This document shows positions 1-13,417 of a DNA stretch of 64,000 bases, piece by piece. The notes beneath the pieces are model-generated. The model did not search any database and had not been told where the DNA came from. It saw only the letters and a list, made by a program, of their open reading frames with translations. Location of the stretch: the NCBI RefSeq assembly GCF_009914755.1, contig NC_060930.1; one strand, given 5' to 3'. Numbering within the stretch: the first letter of the stretch is position 1; every line of letters starts with the position of its first letter. The DNA comes from the human T2T-CHM13v2.0 reference genome, Homo sapiens. The position numbers and the translations under genes are program-made.

Positions 1-486
1 TACACAAGCTGAATGCTTCCTTAATTACTCAGATCATATTTTCCCTATATAGCTTACTGTAACTTTATACAAAATGGATTTCAGCATTAGAGAGAGCCAC
101 ATATTTTGGTTTTTATTAAGAGGCCCAAATGTCTCTGAAGCACATAAACAATAGTTGATACATATAAAAAACAATAATTTATACTGATAATAATGGTAAT
201 AATACAGCTAACATTAACTGAATGCTTAATGCGTGCCAGTTAACCAAGGTCTCAAACCTTAATAGCCTTTGTGCCTATTCAAAAAGATTGTCCTCATAGT
301 GATTCTCTTAAGAAATATTCCTTTCACTGTTATTCTATAAACTTGAAAAATGCCTTATTTAAACTAATTATTTTTGCTGCTTAAATGGCAGCTGTGGATA
401 ACAGAGAAGTGTTTTTCTAGGACTGAAAGCTCAACACCTGCTGTTTTTTCAAGAGTCCCACTACCAGTCCACAGACAAGATTATAC

Positions 487-594
487 CTTCATTGATTGCT
501 TTTCCTCTTCACTGCATGCGGTCATGATTTTATGCCCAGATTTAACAAGGTCATCAATAATATCCTTGTGTCTCAAAATCTCCATGGTGAATGT
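487..594 (-). CDS. DST: DST exon, 108 nt, phase 0-0 ([11 protein letters not shown]...EEKQSMK)
   Basis: tcacag|ACA acceptor, AAG|gtataa donor, spectrin-repeat sequence. Confidence 0.92.
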
Positions 595-789
595 CTGTGA
601 TTTACCAAAATAAAGACAAAAAATAAAACAAGAAATTGTATGACTAAAATGAAAACAATTAGGCTAAGTAGTTAAAAATATCACGTTACACTAGAGGGGT
701 CTTAAAAAGTAAATCATACAAGCACATTTTATAGAGTTGGAGCACACCAGCAAATAATTCATATGGCAATTGGAAATGTATTTCTTCAC

Positions 790-909
790 CTTTTGAACTT
801 GAAGCTGAGCAGAAGTCTGGTCTTGCTCAAGCCTGATGTCACCCAGAGACATCAATTTTTTTTCTGTTTCAGTAATCCAGGATAACTCAGCATCAGCTGC
901 TTGGTCAAA
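790..909 (-). CDS. DST: DST exon, 120 nt, phase 0-0 ([19 protein letters not shown]...QLQVQK)
   Basis: ttttgtttag|TTT acceptor, AAG|gtgaag donor; helix-A Trp of a spectrin repeat. Confidence 0.93.
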
Positions 910-1479
910 CTAAACAAAAGATAAATAATTAGGTCAGCACGTTCCCGTTCCTGATGCCAGAAAATACCTATCTACAGTTCTTTGAAATATCCTTATTACA
1001 CAAGTGGAAAATCCGAGCTTGTCTCCTCATGGCATCCTAAAATAATTCGTGATAATGACTAAATTTTAAAGAAAGGAGAACTTTCCACAGAGTAATTAAA
1101 CACAAGCTCTTAAAACATGCTGGATTTATAGCACTGCATTAATGATTTTAGGACAGCTAGCACTATTGCCTTCTTTTCAGGCAGTCTTAATAATTTGCAC
1201 CTTAGGAGTACTGTCCAAATCTAACAGTTATGAAAGCCAACAGCCAGGTACCATCTTTTAATCATTTCACCCATCACTTCAACTCCTATGATATGCAACT
1301 AACATTCTGCTATCAAAGTACATAGTTCCAAGCAAAAAGAATAGAATATCCCCATTTATTTATTATACTATTATGTTTATAAATGCATGTGTAAATATAC
1401 ATCTCTATATATGCAGAGTATACCCCTAAATGATTCATGTATAATTTTTAAGCATCTCATTTAATAATGGCAGAAAACA

Positions 1480-1975
1480 TTTTTAAGAGCATTCTTAAAT
1501 ATTTTAATAAATGTTATTTTCCTGATCATAACAGTAATTAAAACAGTAATTTATAAGCACAGTACAAATTCATAAAGCAGAGAAAAACATACAGAAGAAA
1601 ATTAAAACCTAGATTTAACACTGCTGGTATTGTAGTGAATTTTCTTCCACAAATCAAGAGAGAAAGATTTGTAAAAAAAATGTCTGGGATGACACTGTAT
1701 AAACAGCTTCATATCCTGCTTTTTCATTTAGTATGAACATTTCCCATGTCATACTCCTTTAAATGTGATTTTTCAAATAATACCATTATATTCTAGCATA
1801 CCTGGATTTTCGTTTAAGCTTTCTGCATTTTTGTTATTATACAAACAACCCTATAATGAATATATTTGTATATAAATTTCTGTTGGCATCTCTAGTTAGT
1901 TCCTTAGTGTAGATTCCTAGAAGTGACTATCAAGTCAAAGAGCACGAACATTTTCAATGTCTTCCATCGGATAAA
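1480..1975 (-). mobile_element. Old L1 (L1ME-like) fragment
   Basis: Degenerate L1ME 3' motifs (ttccttagtgtagattcctagaagtg...); appears to resume near 4090-4180. Confidence 0.5.
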
Positions 1976-2239
1976 CCCCAGTGCCTCCCATGAATAAAAT
2001 GGGCCTGTGACACCACAGTACCAACCATAAATGATCACTGAAATGACCTCAGTTGGAAGAATTAATGAGGAATGAACATTTTGGCTATTCAAGTCCAGTA
2101 CTGCCAGATCTTCTAACTTTTCAAAGGAATCTGGAAATCCAGATGAGGTGGGAGAACAGGTAGGTGGGGAGAAAGATGGGTGGAGATAAGAAACTAGATT
2201 TTTAAAAATTCATACTTTAAAAACTCTGCAACACTATGC

Positions 2240-3640
2240 CAACTCATGGGAAGATGGAGTACATTAGCTTTTCTCTGTTCTTCGTGGTAAGTACACCTAC
2301 AAATCCCAGGCATTATATATAAAACATACATAAGAAGATTCCACAAAGGGGAGAGAAGAGGACAGAACTACCATGGACCTTGGGCCACAAGGAAGAACAC
2401 AGTGGTGAGTTCTCTGGGATTTTCTTTTTGCCTCACGTATCTAAGACTAAATACTGGAAAAACTAGCAACCACACAACACTAAACGGGTACAAAGTCCCA
2501 AAACAAGCCTGCTCTCTCTAGCCAAAGAACCAGGAAAGGAGTAGTTTAGCAAAACAGACAACTTTTAAACAATAACCACTCTATTCCAACCAAACACTAC
2601 AGAAAAAATGGTTGCTCCACTCACACTCATGCCAAGAAAGGACAAATGGGGGGCCTACACTTCTATCCTTGCAATGCCATGACAAGGTCCCCAACACTCT
2701 TGCCAGGAGATGTTAGAGAATGCCAAGTAGGGAGCCAGAATTTTCATCCCCAGATCATCCTGTCAGTTGAGACCATGTGGGGAGGCTGGGCTTCCACCCC
2801 CACTAAGCAATAACGAACTGCCCCTCCCTCCACTCCTCTGGGGTGATATCAGAGAAGGCCTAGTGGAGAGTCAGGATCTTCATCATCACTCAGTGTGTCA
2901 CCATCACAGCCACCTGCACTGTGGTACCAGTAGAGACCACATAGGGAGCTGGAACTCCCACTCCCACTCAGCAGAAATGACGAGCCATCTCCTAGGTGTC
3001 AACAGAGGTGGAATTGGGAACCTGGACTTCTATCTTCACCTGGTAGCACCCCCACCTTCTGCCAGAGTGGTAAGAGGAAGGCAGCTAAAACAGAAAGCTT
3101 AAGCTCTAACACTCATAAGATCATATAAGAGCCAGGAAAATCTCAAACTGAATTAAAGAAGATAATCAAATAGATGCCAATACCCAGATGGCAGACATGT
3201 TAGAATTACCTGACAATGATTTTAAAGCAGCCATGATAAAAATGCTTCAATGAGTACTTCTGAATGTTCACAGTTGAAACAAATGAGAAATTAGAAGGCT
3301 TCATCAACAACACAGAACATCTCAGCAAAGAAAAAGAATATACAGTATAAAGAAGAACCAAATGAAAATGTAGAACTGAAAAATGTAACTGAAATAAAAA
3401 TCTCAGTGGATGAGCTCAATGAAGGGGACAGAAGAAAGAATCAGTGAAGGAAAAGAAATTACCACTTAGAAATAGAAATGGAAATTACCCAAACTGAATA
3501 ATAGAAAATAACTTAAAAAATAATCAGAACTGCAGGTACCTGTGGAACTACAACAAAAGTCCTAATATTCATGTTATCAGAGTCCCAGAAGGAGAAGAGA
3601 AAGAGATTGTGACTGAAAAAATACTTGAACATTCTTGAAA
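2240..3640 (+). mobile_element. Old L1 (L1MC/L1MD-like) 5' UTR and ORF1 remnant
   Basis: aagatggag start, GC-richer 5' UTR, then A-rich ORF1-like text (gacatgttagaattacctgacaatgattttaaagcagc; cagagtcccagaaggagaagagaaagag). Confidence 0.7.
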
Positions 3641-4000
3641 TAACATTATAGAAATGGAGAATAGCTTTGTGGTTGACAAAAGTTACGGAGGGTAGGGTGG
3701 GATGGAATGGGTATGGCTCACAGAGCAGCATGAAGAATTCTTGTGGTGAGGGGAATATTCTGTATCTTGACTGTATCAATGTCAATATGCTGCTTGTGAT
3801 ATTTTACTATAAAGATGTTACCACTGGGGAAAACTGAGTAGAGGATACAATGGGATCTCTCTGTATTGTTTCTACAGCTGCAGGTGAACTTAGAATTATC
3901 TTAAAACAAGTTTAATTTTAATAAGACATTGTATACGTGTATCAAAATAACTTATGTACCTCATAAATATACACATCTACTATGTGTCCATAAAAATTAA
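3641..4000 (+). mobile_element. L1MC/MD-type 3' end followed by an L1MA-type 3' tail
   Basis: ctgtatcttgactgtatcaatgtcaatat...gatgttaccactgggg; then acattgtatacgtgtatcaaaata...aaaaattaaaaatt. Confidence 0.65.
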
Positions 4001-5419
4001 AAATTAAAAGAAAATATATTAAATAAAAAAAATTTTAAAAGAAAGAAAACCAACTCTGTGGGTAACGTCTCACCTATCAGTTCCTATTTGTGTTTTCTCT
4101 CTTCGATATAATACTGCCCAATTGCCCTTCAGGTAGAATGTGCTAATGTACACTCCCACAAGCAGTGTTTTGCTATAACTTCATAAACGTGGGGTATAAT
4201 TTATTTTTTGATATTGAAAATTTAATATCGTCAAGTTTATAGGTAGACTTTCTGTAATTATAAGGAAACCAAGAAACCACTTAAAATAATCTATCTTAAG
4301 CTGGTTCAATAATTTCTGTGATATTATTTAATTTCAAATGAAGTTATTCATGAGCAATTATTGATCAATATGAAAACAAAAGAAAAACATTTCATCAACT
4401 AATTCAGCAGCTTCAGGTGTGGAGAAAGAATCCCCATGAAAAAGAAGTGAAAGTTAGTCTTCTGTGGATTCTTACTTTTCAAGGCATGTAAAGCTACAGG
4501 TAAAAATTGATTATGTGATTCATTTAAAGAATATAAGACTGAGAAAAACAGTTCAGGCCTTTCTACCCGAGTGTAAATACTGCAAGATATCTGAATAAAA
4601 TTTAACAGTTATAAATTTTTTTCTTCCACTGGTTCCTGAAAAAAAAAATAAAGTAATACCCCAACCCTCTTGTTTGTGTTCAGCCTGACAGTATTTAAAT
4701 GAGTGTCCTCATAAAGACAGTCAGGCTGTGAAATATTAATATTAGTTTAACACTATGTCTTCCCTATATAAAAAAAAAAAAAACTTTCCAGCAATAAACA
4801 GTATGGTGATACCATCTAAGTTGCCAAAAAAGGAAAGCTGAAATCCAAACAATGTTTCTTTGATCAAGTCAAACATTTGCTCTGCTAAGGAAAAAAAAAA
4901 AAAAAAAAAAGACTTCAAACATATTTCCCGCCTGTCATCTGAGAAACTTTTAAAATTAAATTATCAAATATTGTTAAGCAACAAAGGGAGTAGCTACAGG
5001 ATCTACATTAAGTAATTTATAGTAAGGCGAGGCATCTTAGGTCTATGACTCACTCAAATGACTGGTTAACATTTCTAATGGACCATAAACATGGTCCATA
5101 AACATATTTCTAATGGACCATAAACATGGCTCACTTTATATGTAAGCAACATGGAGAGAAATACACTAGGTCAAATTTTAGTAAATTTGTTTACTACTCA
5201 TACAAGTAAGTAAAATTTGACTTAACATAAAATGTTGATAATCTTGGCATCCATAATTGTATTTGGGGAAATACTTTAATAGCATCAGAGGAGCCGAAAC
5301 ACCAACTCTAGCTACTGTAACTTCTGTTTATAGTTGAATTAGCCTTTCAGGAATTTTCTAAAAGTTAGTGCAAGACATTTTAAGTAGCTACATCTAAATA
5401 TGCCTGAAAAACACTCTCT

Positions 5420-5635
5420 AAAACAGTAACAGCCAGCATCCTACTGAGCACATTGTTCTAAGTGCTTAACATGCAATACCTCCTTTAATCCTGACAGCTG
5501 TATCATGTATTACCATTAACTCCATTTCCAGCTTAGAAAAATGAGGTAAAGGGAAGTTAACTAACTTACCAAAGACTACTCAGGTAGTAAATGCTGAGCC
5601 TGAGATTCTAACGAAGGTGGTCTGACTTCTAGACT
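5420..5635 (-). mobile_element. MIR SINE
   Basis: MIR core (gaaaaatgaggtaaagggaagttaactaacttaccaaag...ggtctgacttctaga). Confidence 0.7.
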
Positions 5636-8600
5636 GCCAAATATCACAACAGTCAATACACAATAGGTTTTAATACAGGTTTAAGGCAAAGTGATAAGCA
5701 AACCTTAACCTCAAGGACATCCTTTTCACTCCCTTCCCCTGACTGGGGATCTTATCACTTTCTTTTGATTAGCATTTCCTTCCACTTTGCTTGTCTTTAT
5801 TTATAACACAAGACATATTTTCCCATCCACAACACCTGGAGGGTCTGAACAAATCTCATTTCCGTAGGAGATGTTTCCTTCTGGTCCTTTAAAAGAAATA
5901 AACAGGTGATATTTTTCTCCAGGCTGATTCCTAATGACCCAATGAGTTGTTTGCATTAACTGCACCCAAACCACCAATCCAAGGGCCTTTCTAACAGGGT
6001 TATTATGGGGCCCACTTACATAAGCCAAGCAATTAGAACTGCTGAAGAAAGCTTGGGATTCCCAGACCCAGTAAGATATACATATTTTAGCAACTACTGA
6101 CAGTTGTACATTATAAGAAGCAAAGGATGATGAATTGCTCTAAGGCTTAAAGAATCAAGGTAGTCTGAATTCAGAACCCAAGTCTGTACATTTTTCAAGT
6201 AAAAGTGCCTTTCTCCATTTCCACAAAGCTTGCAGAAAGAAAGCAACAAAGATATGCTACTCTGCGTAGGTTTAAAATGCAAAAATATGTACAGTTTATA
6301 ACTCAGATAATGGCATGTATTGTAAAAGGGAGGCAGTTCAGCTCAACATCATTATTTACTAAGCTGCCTTGTCCCATTCAGATTCTTCCTAAAAGTAATG
6401 AATGGGCCCAACTACTTTAAAAAATAATACCCTTTTTAGAATATCAATGCCCGCAAATCTAGAGTCAGATTTGGGGGACTGGTGGGTGGTATCAGTGAAT
6501 GTACAAGTTCTTACTCATTCACCCATTACTGAGGTTTTTCAATTATTTCTCAAATAATAACAAATACGGCCTTCACACCTATGTTATGAAAGTTCAATAG
6601 CGTATCTTTTCAAAACTGTTATTGTGATATAGGATTAACAAGAAAATCTAACCCTGTCAAATCAAAACTTTTTAAAAACCTAAATTTATACAAAGTGGTT
6701 ACAAAGTATGTGCTAATGAGAAGGTATCTGTATGTTCCCTTCTGTTCTCCCTTCAAACTTTTAAGTCTTTTCCATGTTTTTCTTGACATCTTCCATGCTG
6801 ATGATTAGAAGTCAATACATTCTGCGATTGTGGCTTGACAGTTCACAAAGTGCTTATGCTTTTGTTAAATTTCAAAAAGCAGGTTGACATTATAAAAGAG
6901 GTATATCTGTATATATGCAACCTTAAAACTGGGAAAAAATATGAAGTATCTTAAGAGATATTTCTGCTCAGAAAACAGAACACCTAGTCATTGAAAATCT
7001 AATTTAACTCTCCCTGATTTAACTGGGACAAATCATTAAATCTATAAATTTTAAAATTGTTAAGTATTATTCAAGACACATGTCCTTACCCCATCATGTG
7101 TGGCTGTTGGTAGGCTGGGGGCAGGGGTCTGGGGAAAGAGTCACTGTTAATAAAACAAATTGCATATGACTAAAGGTGTGTCTAAAAAGATGAGCTCAGG
7201 TCATATCGTGTCCCTATTTCATACAGAGAAGAGACTCAGAATGGTAATTTGTTTAAACAATGCAAAACAGATAGTCCAAAATACGTGGCTAATGTCCAGG
7301 TCTAAAGATATGCTTTTTTTAATCACTCCTTTTTATATTTCATGGATGTAGTTATTGGGTAAAACAGAAAACAAACATTTTTATCAAACTGTACTCTGGT
7401 CCTAATTCCAAACATCTATAAGTAGGCAACCTTATAAAATATTTCAGGGATATATTAGCTTCTTTATAAACTTGAAAATTATGAGTTTGGAAACTTATCT
7501 TTTAAGTGCAAAATCTCTGCCACACCAGGAAGACAGGTACCTACTACTCTATTCTTACATTTCCCTACACGGTAATGTTTTATGATCCTTTTAGTGTTGT
7601 ATCCTCATCCTCCACAGTCTTTACAGCTGGAAATATTTTCATTAGATACCTCCACTTTGTTGTAATAATGGAACCTTCGGATTATTGAAGAATTTTAGAA
7701 AAAAAATGGTTTACCACCCTCAAGGGTTTTTCTCTATATATAATTTATGAGGAGGCACAGCAGTGAGGGAGAATGAGATAGGGATTAAATTTTAGTTGCT
7801 ACTCTGCCACTTACTGCTTGTGAGACCACATGCAAGTCACTTTATCCCATGCATGCTGGGCATGTTCCTCCCAGCTCTAAACATCTGTGTGTCTATGTAG
7901 CCTTATTGGAGGTATTTTCATTGGACAGACTTGCAGGTATTTCAAAGAAATGAAGATAAAAATACACACATGAACAACCAGAAGATATCAGTGGCATTAA
8001 GATGTGTAATCTGTTGGTAGTAAGACTTTTACTATATACATTGTCTTTCACTTTCAAAAGGATTTTACTATATAAATTCTCCTCCTCTTTCAAGACGAAG
8101 ACTGGAAGGATACAGACCAAATTGCTTACATATGCTTTCTTTCATGAATTTTTCTATATTCTTTGAGAAAATCTTGAAATTTTAAATAAGGACTAATTCT
8201 ATCAGAAAAAAAAAAATCATTATTTTCCTAAAGGATTCCGGAAGACTTACACTGACTTACTTTCCCCCATGCCTTTGGGAAACATACGCAAAACCTTGAA
8301 GAACCTGGCCACAGTTAATGACCTTGGCATATATCAGAGATTACTAACCAACGAAAACTCAATCTGTGACTGTGCCCTTATTACTTCCTCACTTTACTGA
8401 ACCAGCCAACCACAGTCAACTTCTCAAGAAATTCTTACTCCCAAGAGTACAGAATAATTTTCTTGCTGTTTAGAGAAGCCTTCAGTGCCAGTTGGGAAAC
8501 GTTCAAATACATTTCAGTGAAAAAAATATATTTTTCAATAGTTAAATAAACTTCACAAATAAACACCCTCATTTTCCTATAAAAATGAGGCATACAAACT

Positions 8601-9644
8601 CCTCTGTTTAAACAGAGTCACACAAATACATTCCTCAAGCATGAATGCCCTCCTTCACAAAAATTTCTTAGCCAGGGCTTTTGCTATCACTGCATTTCAT
8701 CAGCTGTTGTGATCCCAGAGCACAGCACTAAAATGAGGAGCAGAACATTATGCTTTAGAACTAACTATAAATTCCATTTCTATGGCAACATTAGAAAATT
8801 AATTCTGGATGCTCCCACAGAATCAGCTTGATTTATGCCTCTTGCTTTTGGCTCATACTAGTAAAAGCTTAGTCACACACCATCACAAGCTCTGCTCTAA
8901 AGTACAGTGCAATATCATACTACCCCCACACATAAACTTTGTAGTAACTGTGATGACTTAATATAAATATTCACAGAAATTTCAACTAAAGTTAATCAAC
9001 ACATGTATTATATTACGAACTTCTATCTCCAGGACCCCACTCATTGCCCACAGTCTTCCCAGGGAGCTGTGGCTAAGGGCTGAATGCCTATAAAACTCTT
9101 GGAGTATACATTCTGCAGGAGTTATAGACAAATTGGAACCTATCATCTTTTCCCCCCTTCTGTCATCTTCAGAAAAAAACTTCACATTACCAACAAAACT
9201 GCTTCCTTTTTAAAAAGAAAACATTCTCTTTGCCCCAGCTTTCTGTAAATGAACAGTTAATACTGACTTACATAACAATTCACAGTATTTACTCACATAC
9301 AGATTAGACTTAGTCAATACATAAAAATTAATATCAGCAATATGCATATGTGTAGACAAAAGCATTTTGTTTGGAAAGCTGGGCTGATCTTCGCAGTGTC
9401 TGACTTGGTAAGGATAAATCTGTGAAACAATGAGGCAGATGGCTGTGAACAATGTGCAGATTAGCCTTGCCCTGGTGCTCAGACGTCGAAGAAGCCCAGT
9501 CAACTTCTTTTCAAATCCACTCTTTCATTTTGGAAGCACAGCAAATGAATGGAAACAGTATTAACAGTCATCTTTGTTCAGGTAAAAGCTCCAAGAACAG
9601 CTGGAGAAAATTTATTGCCTAAACAACAAACCATTTTTCCCTAC

Positions 9645-9851
9645 CTGCTGTGATCGCAGAATGGCTGCATCGATCTCCTCCACCTTCTGAGTGATGGTGT
9701 CGCTCACTAATCGGTAGCGCTCATTGTCCTCAGCTACCATTTTCTCAAGTCCTTCTCTTGCCCTCCATGGTACCAGTTCCAGCAAAGCACTGCTCACTTC
9801 ATTAAGGGAGTCCAGTAAGGCTTTGTTGTTCTTAGCTTCCTTTTTCAGTTC
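9645..9851 (-). CDS. DST: DST exon, 207 nt, phase 0-0 ([14 protein letters not shown]...AILRSQQ)
   Basis: tactaac branch point plus ttttcag|GAA acceptor; CAG|gtaggg donor. Confidence 0.95.
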
Positions 9852-10776
9852 CTGAAAACATACAAATAAGTTAGTAACACTTAAGAGCTTCAACAGACTT
9901 TTCCTTTAACTGTTCTTGGAGCTCAAGTCCTTTGCAGGCGAATAATGTGATGCTTTGCCCCACTCCCCCCCTCCCTTAGTTTCAGTCGAGTTAAATAAAC
10001 CTTTTTTATCTAAAGCTATTTTGCAAAAAGAAAAATGTTTCCTGAGAAGTTCAAAGAACAATTCATTTGTCGACACGGCAAGATTTTATCTTTGAAATTT
10101 AATATAAATATTTAAAATTTCAGAAGCAAAAACAAGCAAGTTAACTTGTATTATTCTTTGCTTTCTGGGAACCTCTAAGTAATCAGGTAACAGAAAAGTA
10201 AAATGAAGAGGATATTCCAAGCCAGAATTAAGTGACCCTCAAAATGATGACAAACTGGCTTTATATCATGACAGTAGAATCATTACAGGCTCAGTGAGCC
10301 TGACCTCACCAACTCCCTTTCACCCACATGTGATCATACTTCAAGGATGATAAAAACAGAGGCTGATATCTTGGAAAAGAGGAATGATTACCATGCAGTG
10401 TATTACGTTTGTGATATAATTAGAAAACCCACCCCATGTTATCTTATAGAAATATTGGTATTCCAACCAAATTATGTGTGTCTCTGAAACAATGATCATT
10501 TTCCTTTTTTTTTTCTGTTTTCATCATTCTGTCCCTTGGGTAATAAACTATACTCCCAAATATAAGACTCTTGCAACAATTATAACATACTGTTTTCATC
10601 TCTGGGCTCCTAAAACTTTAAACAGTTGATCTGCTGCCAATTTCTATTGGGTCTCCACCCACCAAGGCATCCTTCAGCATATGTAATGACATAAGACAAA
10701 TATAATTTTATTTTTGTGTGAATAAGACTGCCTAAAAGATAAAAGACTAATCCAAAATGCAGAAATCAGAGCTTAC

Positions 10777-11018
10777 CTTTGGTCTCATTTGTGCTTGACT
10801 TGCTTCTTCTCCTTTCAGAACCTGAGTTTCATATGAAAGTAATTCCACCTCCACTTTGTCCAGCCAGGTACACAGCTCTTCGTGTGTGGAGTGCAGCCGC
10901 CTTGCAAGCTGCAGCGCCTGTTCCAGAGTCTTGGCCACATCAGTGCTCAGTTTAGTAATGTCTTTGTACCTTGCTTTAATGGCTTCCAATTTATCTTGAA
11001 TTATTAAAACTTCATCAC
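10777..11018 (-). CDS. DST: DST exon, 242 nt, phase 1-0 ([18 protein letters not shown]...AQMRPK)
   Basis: ttttag|GT acceptor, AAG|gtaagc donor. Confidence 0.95.
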
Positions 11019-12124
11019 CTAAAATTTCAAAGTCACGTTATTTCTTATGAAGGAAAAAAAAGGCAGGGAGAGGGTTTCTTCAGATATTATGGAACACTGA
11101 TGAAATTTCCACAGAACAAAAGGAGACATTTTTCTAAAGATAATCTTACTCAAGAGAAGCCCTTTTCTAAATTTTAATCTTTCCCAAGATTTCCAGCAAA
11201 TCTAAATCACTCTGAAAATACAAATGTAGGAACTGGAAAAGGCTAAATGTCTTTAGCTATGTGGAAAGCAGTACTTTTGTATCTATCTGTATGAGACTTT
11301 GTTTTCAAAGAAGAGAGGTTAAAAACTGCTTGAGTTCAAATACTGACTTCATGCATGGCTTAAAAGCTGGGTTACTTTGGGCAAGATACTTAGCCTCTCT
11401 GCTCTTAGTTATTCATCATTACTCATCTGCACTATTCCAACAGATCTTTATTTGCCTCTACCTCATTTTTTGACACACAGAAAAACTGTGTCCTGGGCTT
11501 CAGACTTCTAGCTAAAGGCTCTTGATTCTACATTTAATTTCTTCAATGCATAATGAATGGTACTTGCCCCCAACATACACATATTGCTGAACTGAATATA
11601 GGTATAGTGAAATTCCTATGGCCAAAGGAATCACTAAAACTAGTTTCCCTGAGTTGTCCTAAAAATCTCATCTAGATACTAAACTATGTATCAGTTTTCT
11701 TGGTGATTCAGACATGAAGAAATGAAGCCCATGTATAGCTATGCACGTAGCCATACTGTGTGTCACTGCAATGCGATCTATCTTAAAAAGAAATTGTCTA
11801 CAACCTACGTGTTCATCTGCCTTCCACAAGTGGAAAAGTAATGTGACTCTGTCCTGGGCTTCTCTGATGAGCTCCTGTGCCAAAGTGCTTTATGTTATGA
11901 GTAATACACACAACTTCCATCAAGAACTCAAGTGAGATCATGAGAAAAAAGTGAGATCATATCCTAACCACCCCCTTGATTGGTCTTCAAAGCATTCTCC
12001 AGAATAAAAGTCTTGGAATGGACCAAAAATTATAAAGTGTTTTGGTTTTTTCCCATCCCTAAAATATTTTGAAAACAATATAAAATGCTGACCACATGAT
12101 GATTTGATTTGAAAGATATCTCAC

Positions 12125-12209
12125 CTGTGGTTTGTTTAAGTAGTTCTAAACCATTTAGTAAAGCCTGATCTACATTTTGTTTCCTGAGTAAGATGTCCTC
12201 TTGCAGAAC
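12125..12209 (-). CDS. DST: DST exon, 85 nt, phase 0-1 ([28 protein letters not shown])
   Basis: ttttcag|GTT acceptor, CAG|gtgaga donor. Confidence 0.93.
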
Positions 12210-12731
12210 CTGAAAACACAGGTACCATTTTTATGTGGGGGGAAAAACATTTAAGTTAGCATTAACATTAGTTAATCTCAGAGAACTTTAATTAGATTTC
12301 ACAGAGACATATTTGAGTAAATATCTCACATTTTCAAATGTTCTTATTGTTCCCATGTTTAGACCTCTTCTTTTCACCTCTGTGGCCCATGTCCCATGTT
12401 CATCTACCATAATTCACAGCATATTCCTTTTCAGAAAATACTTAGGGCCCTATGAAAATGGGCTTTGTGGACATACTGAAGTACTGGTTAATACAGGTCT
12501 TTGTATACAACAATAAAATAACAAAATGAAAAGTGAAATATCCAGCTAATTGGATAGAGTCACTCTTTTCTTTAAAATGACTTCATTAAAAGTAATCTGT
12601 ATAAACAGTCTTTTTTTAAGTACAGCAATTCATCGAAATCATCATAAACATAAAATTGCACAGAAATAAGGACTAAGAAATAATGACAATTGAAATGAAA
12701 AAATAAGATAAAATAAAATAAATCAAAATAC

Positions 12732-13058
12732 CCGAAGTTCAGACTGCTGCTTCCATAGCCCCTCAGTGCTGTAATCCTGGACTGAGAGCTTGCTCAGTTT
12801 GTCATGCACTTCATTCAGCCAGTTCATCAGTTCAACTTCATCTTCCCCAAAAATCTTAGCATTACATAAGGCCTGCTGGAGGAGCTCAGACCTGCTGTGA
12901 CTTTTCTCTTGAATCTCAATGTACCATACTTGAGAGAAGTCTAATTTACTCTGCACCATATCTTTATCCTCCCTGGAGCTCAAAACCTTTAAGGACTGGC
13001 CAATGCTAACAGCCTGGTGTAAATGTTTATTGTGATTGATGATGTCATCTTCTAAGGC
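12732..13058 (-). CDS. DST: DST exon, 327 nt (109 codons), phase 0-0 (ALEDDIINHNKHL...QQSELR)
   Basis: tgcttag|GCC acceptor, CGG|gtattt donor; open frame throughout. Confidence 0.9.
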
Positions 13059-13257
13059 CTAAGCAAAGTTTAAAAAAATAAAGAAGAAAAACAAAAAGAA
13101 TGGACAAATAAAAATGAAAACATAAATAAAACTAAAGCATGACATGTTAAATGGATTTAGTTTGCAATTAAACAAAACAATAGTACATAACTCAAATTTA
13201 TGTCACAAAACCACACAATAAAAACTGAACCTCGCTAATGTGTGATTTATATCTTAC

Positions 13258-13417
13258 TTTGTGCTGTGCAATTTGTTCCTCAAGTTTAGATGCTTGGGTT
13301 CCTATGGGTTCACAATTCACCAGCCTCTTTTCTATGGTTGTAAGCCACTCGTTCAGTGGTTCTAAGGTTTCATGAAATTGCTGTGCTACCACCGAGATAC
13401 CTTCCAACTGACGATTC
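13258..13417 (-). CDS. DST: DST exon, 160 nt, phase 2-0 ([15 protein letters not shown]...EQIAQHK)
   Basis: ttgtag|G acceptor, AAA|gtaaga donor. Confidence 0.95.

Noticed and set aside
2767-3102. 111-aa His/Pro-rich ORF
   Set aside because: Lies within an old L1 5' UTR remnant and has a non-ATG start.
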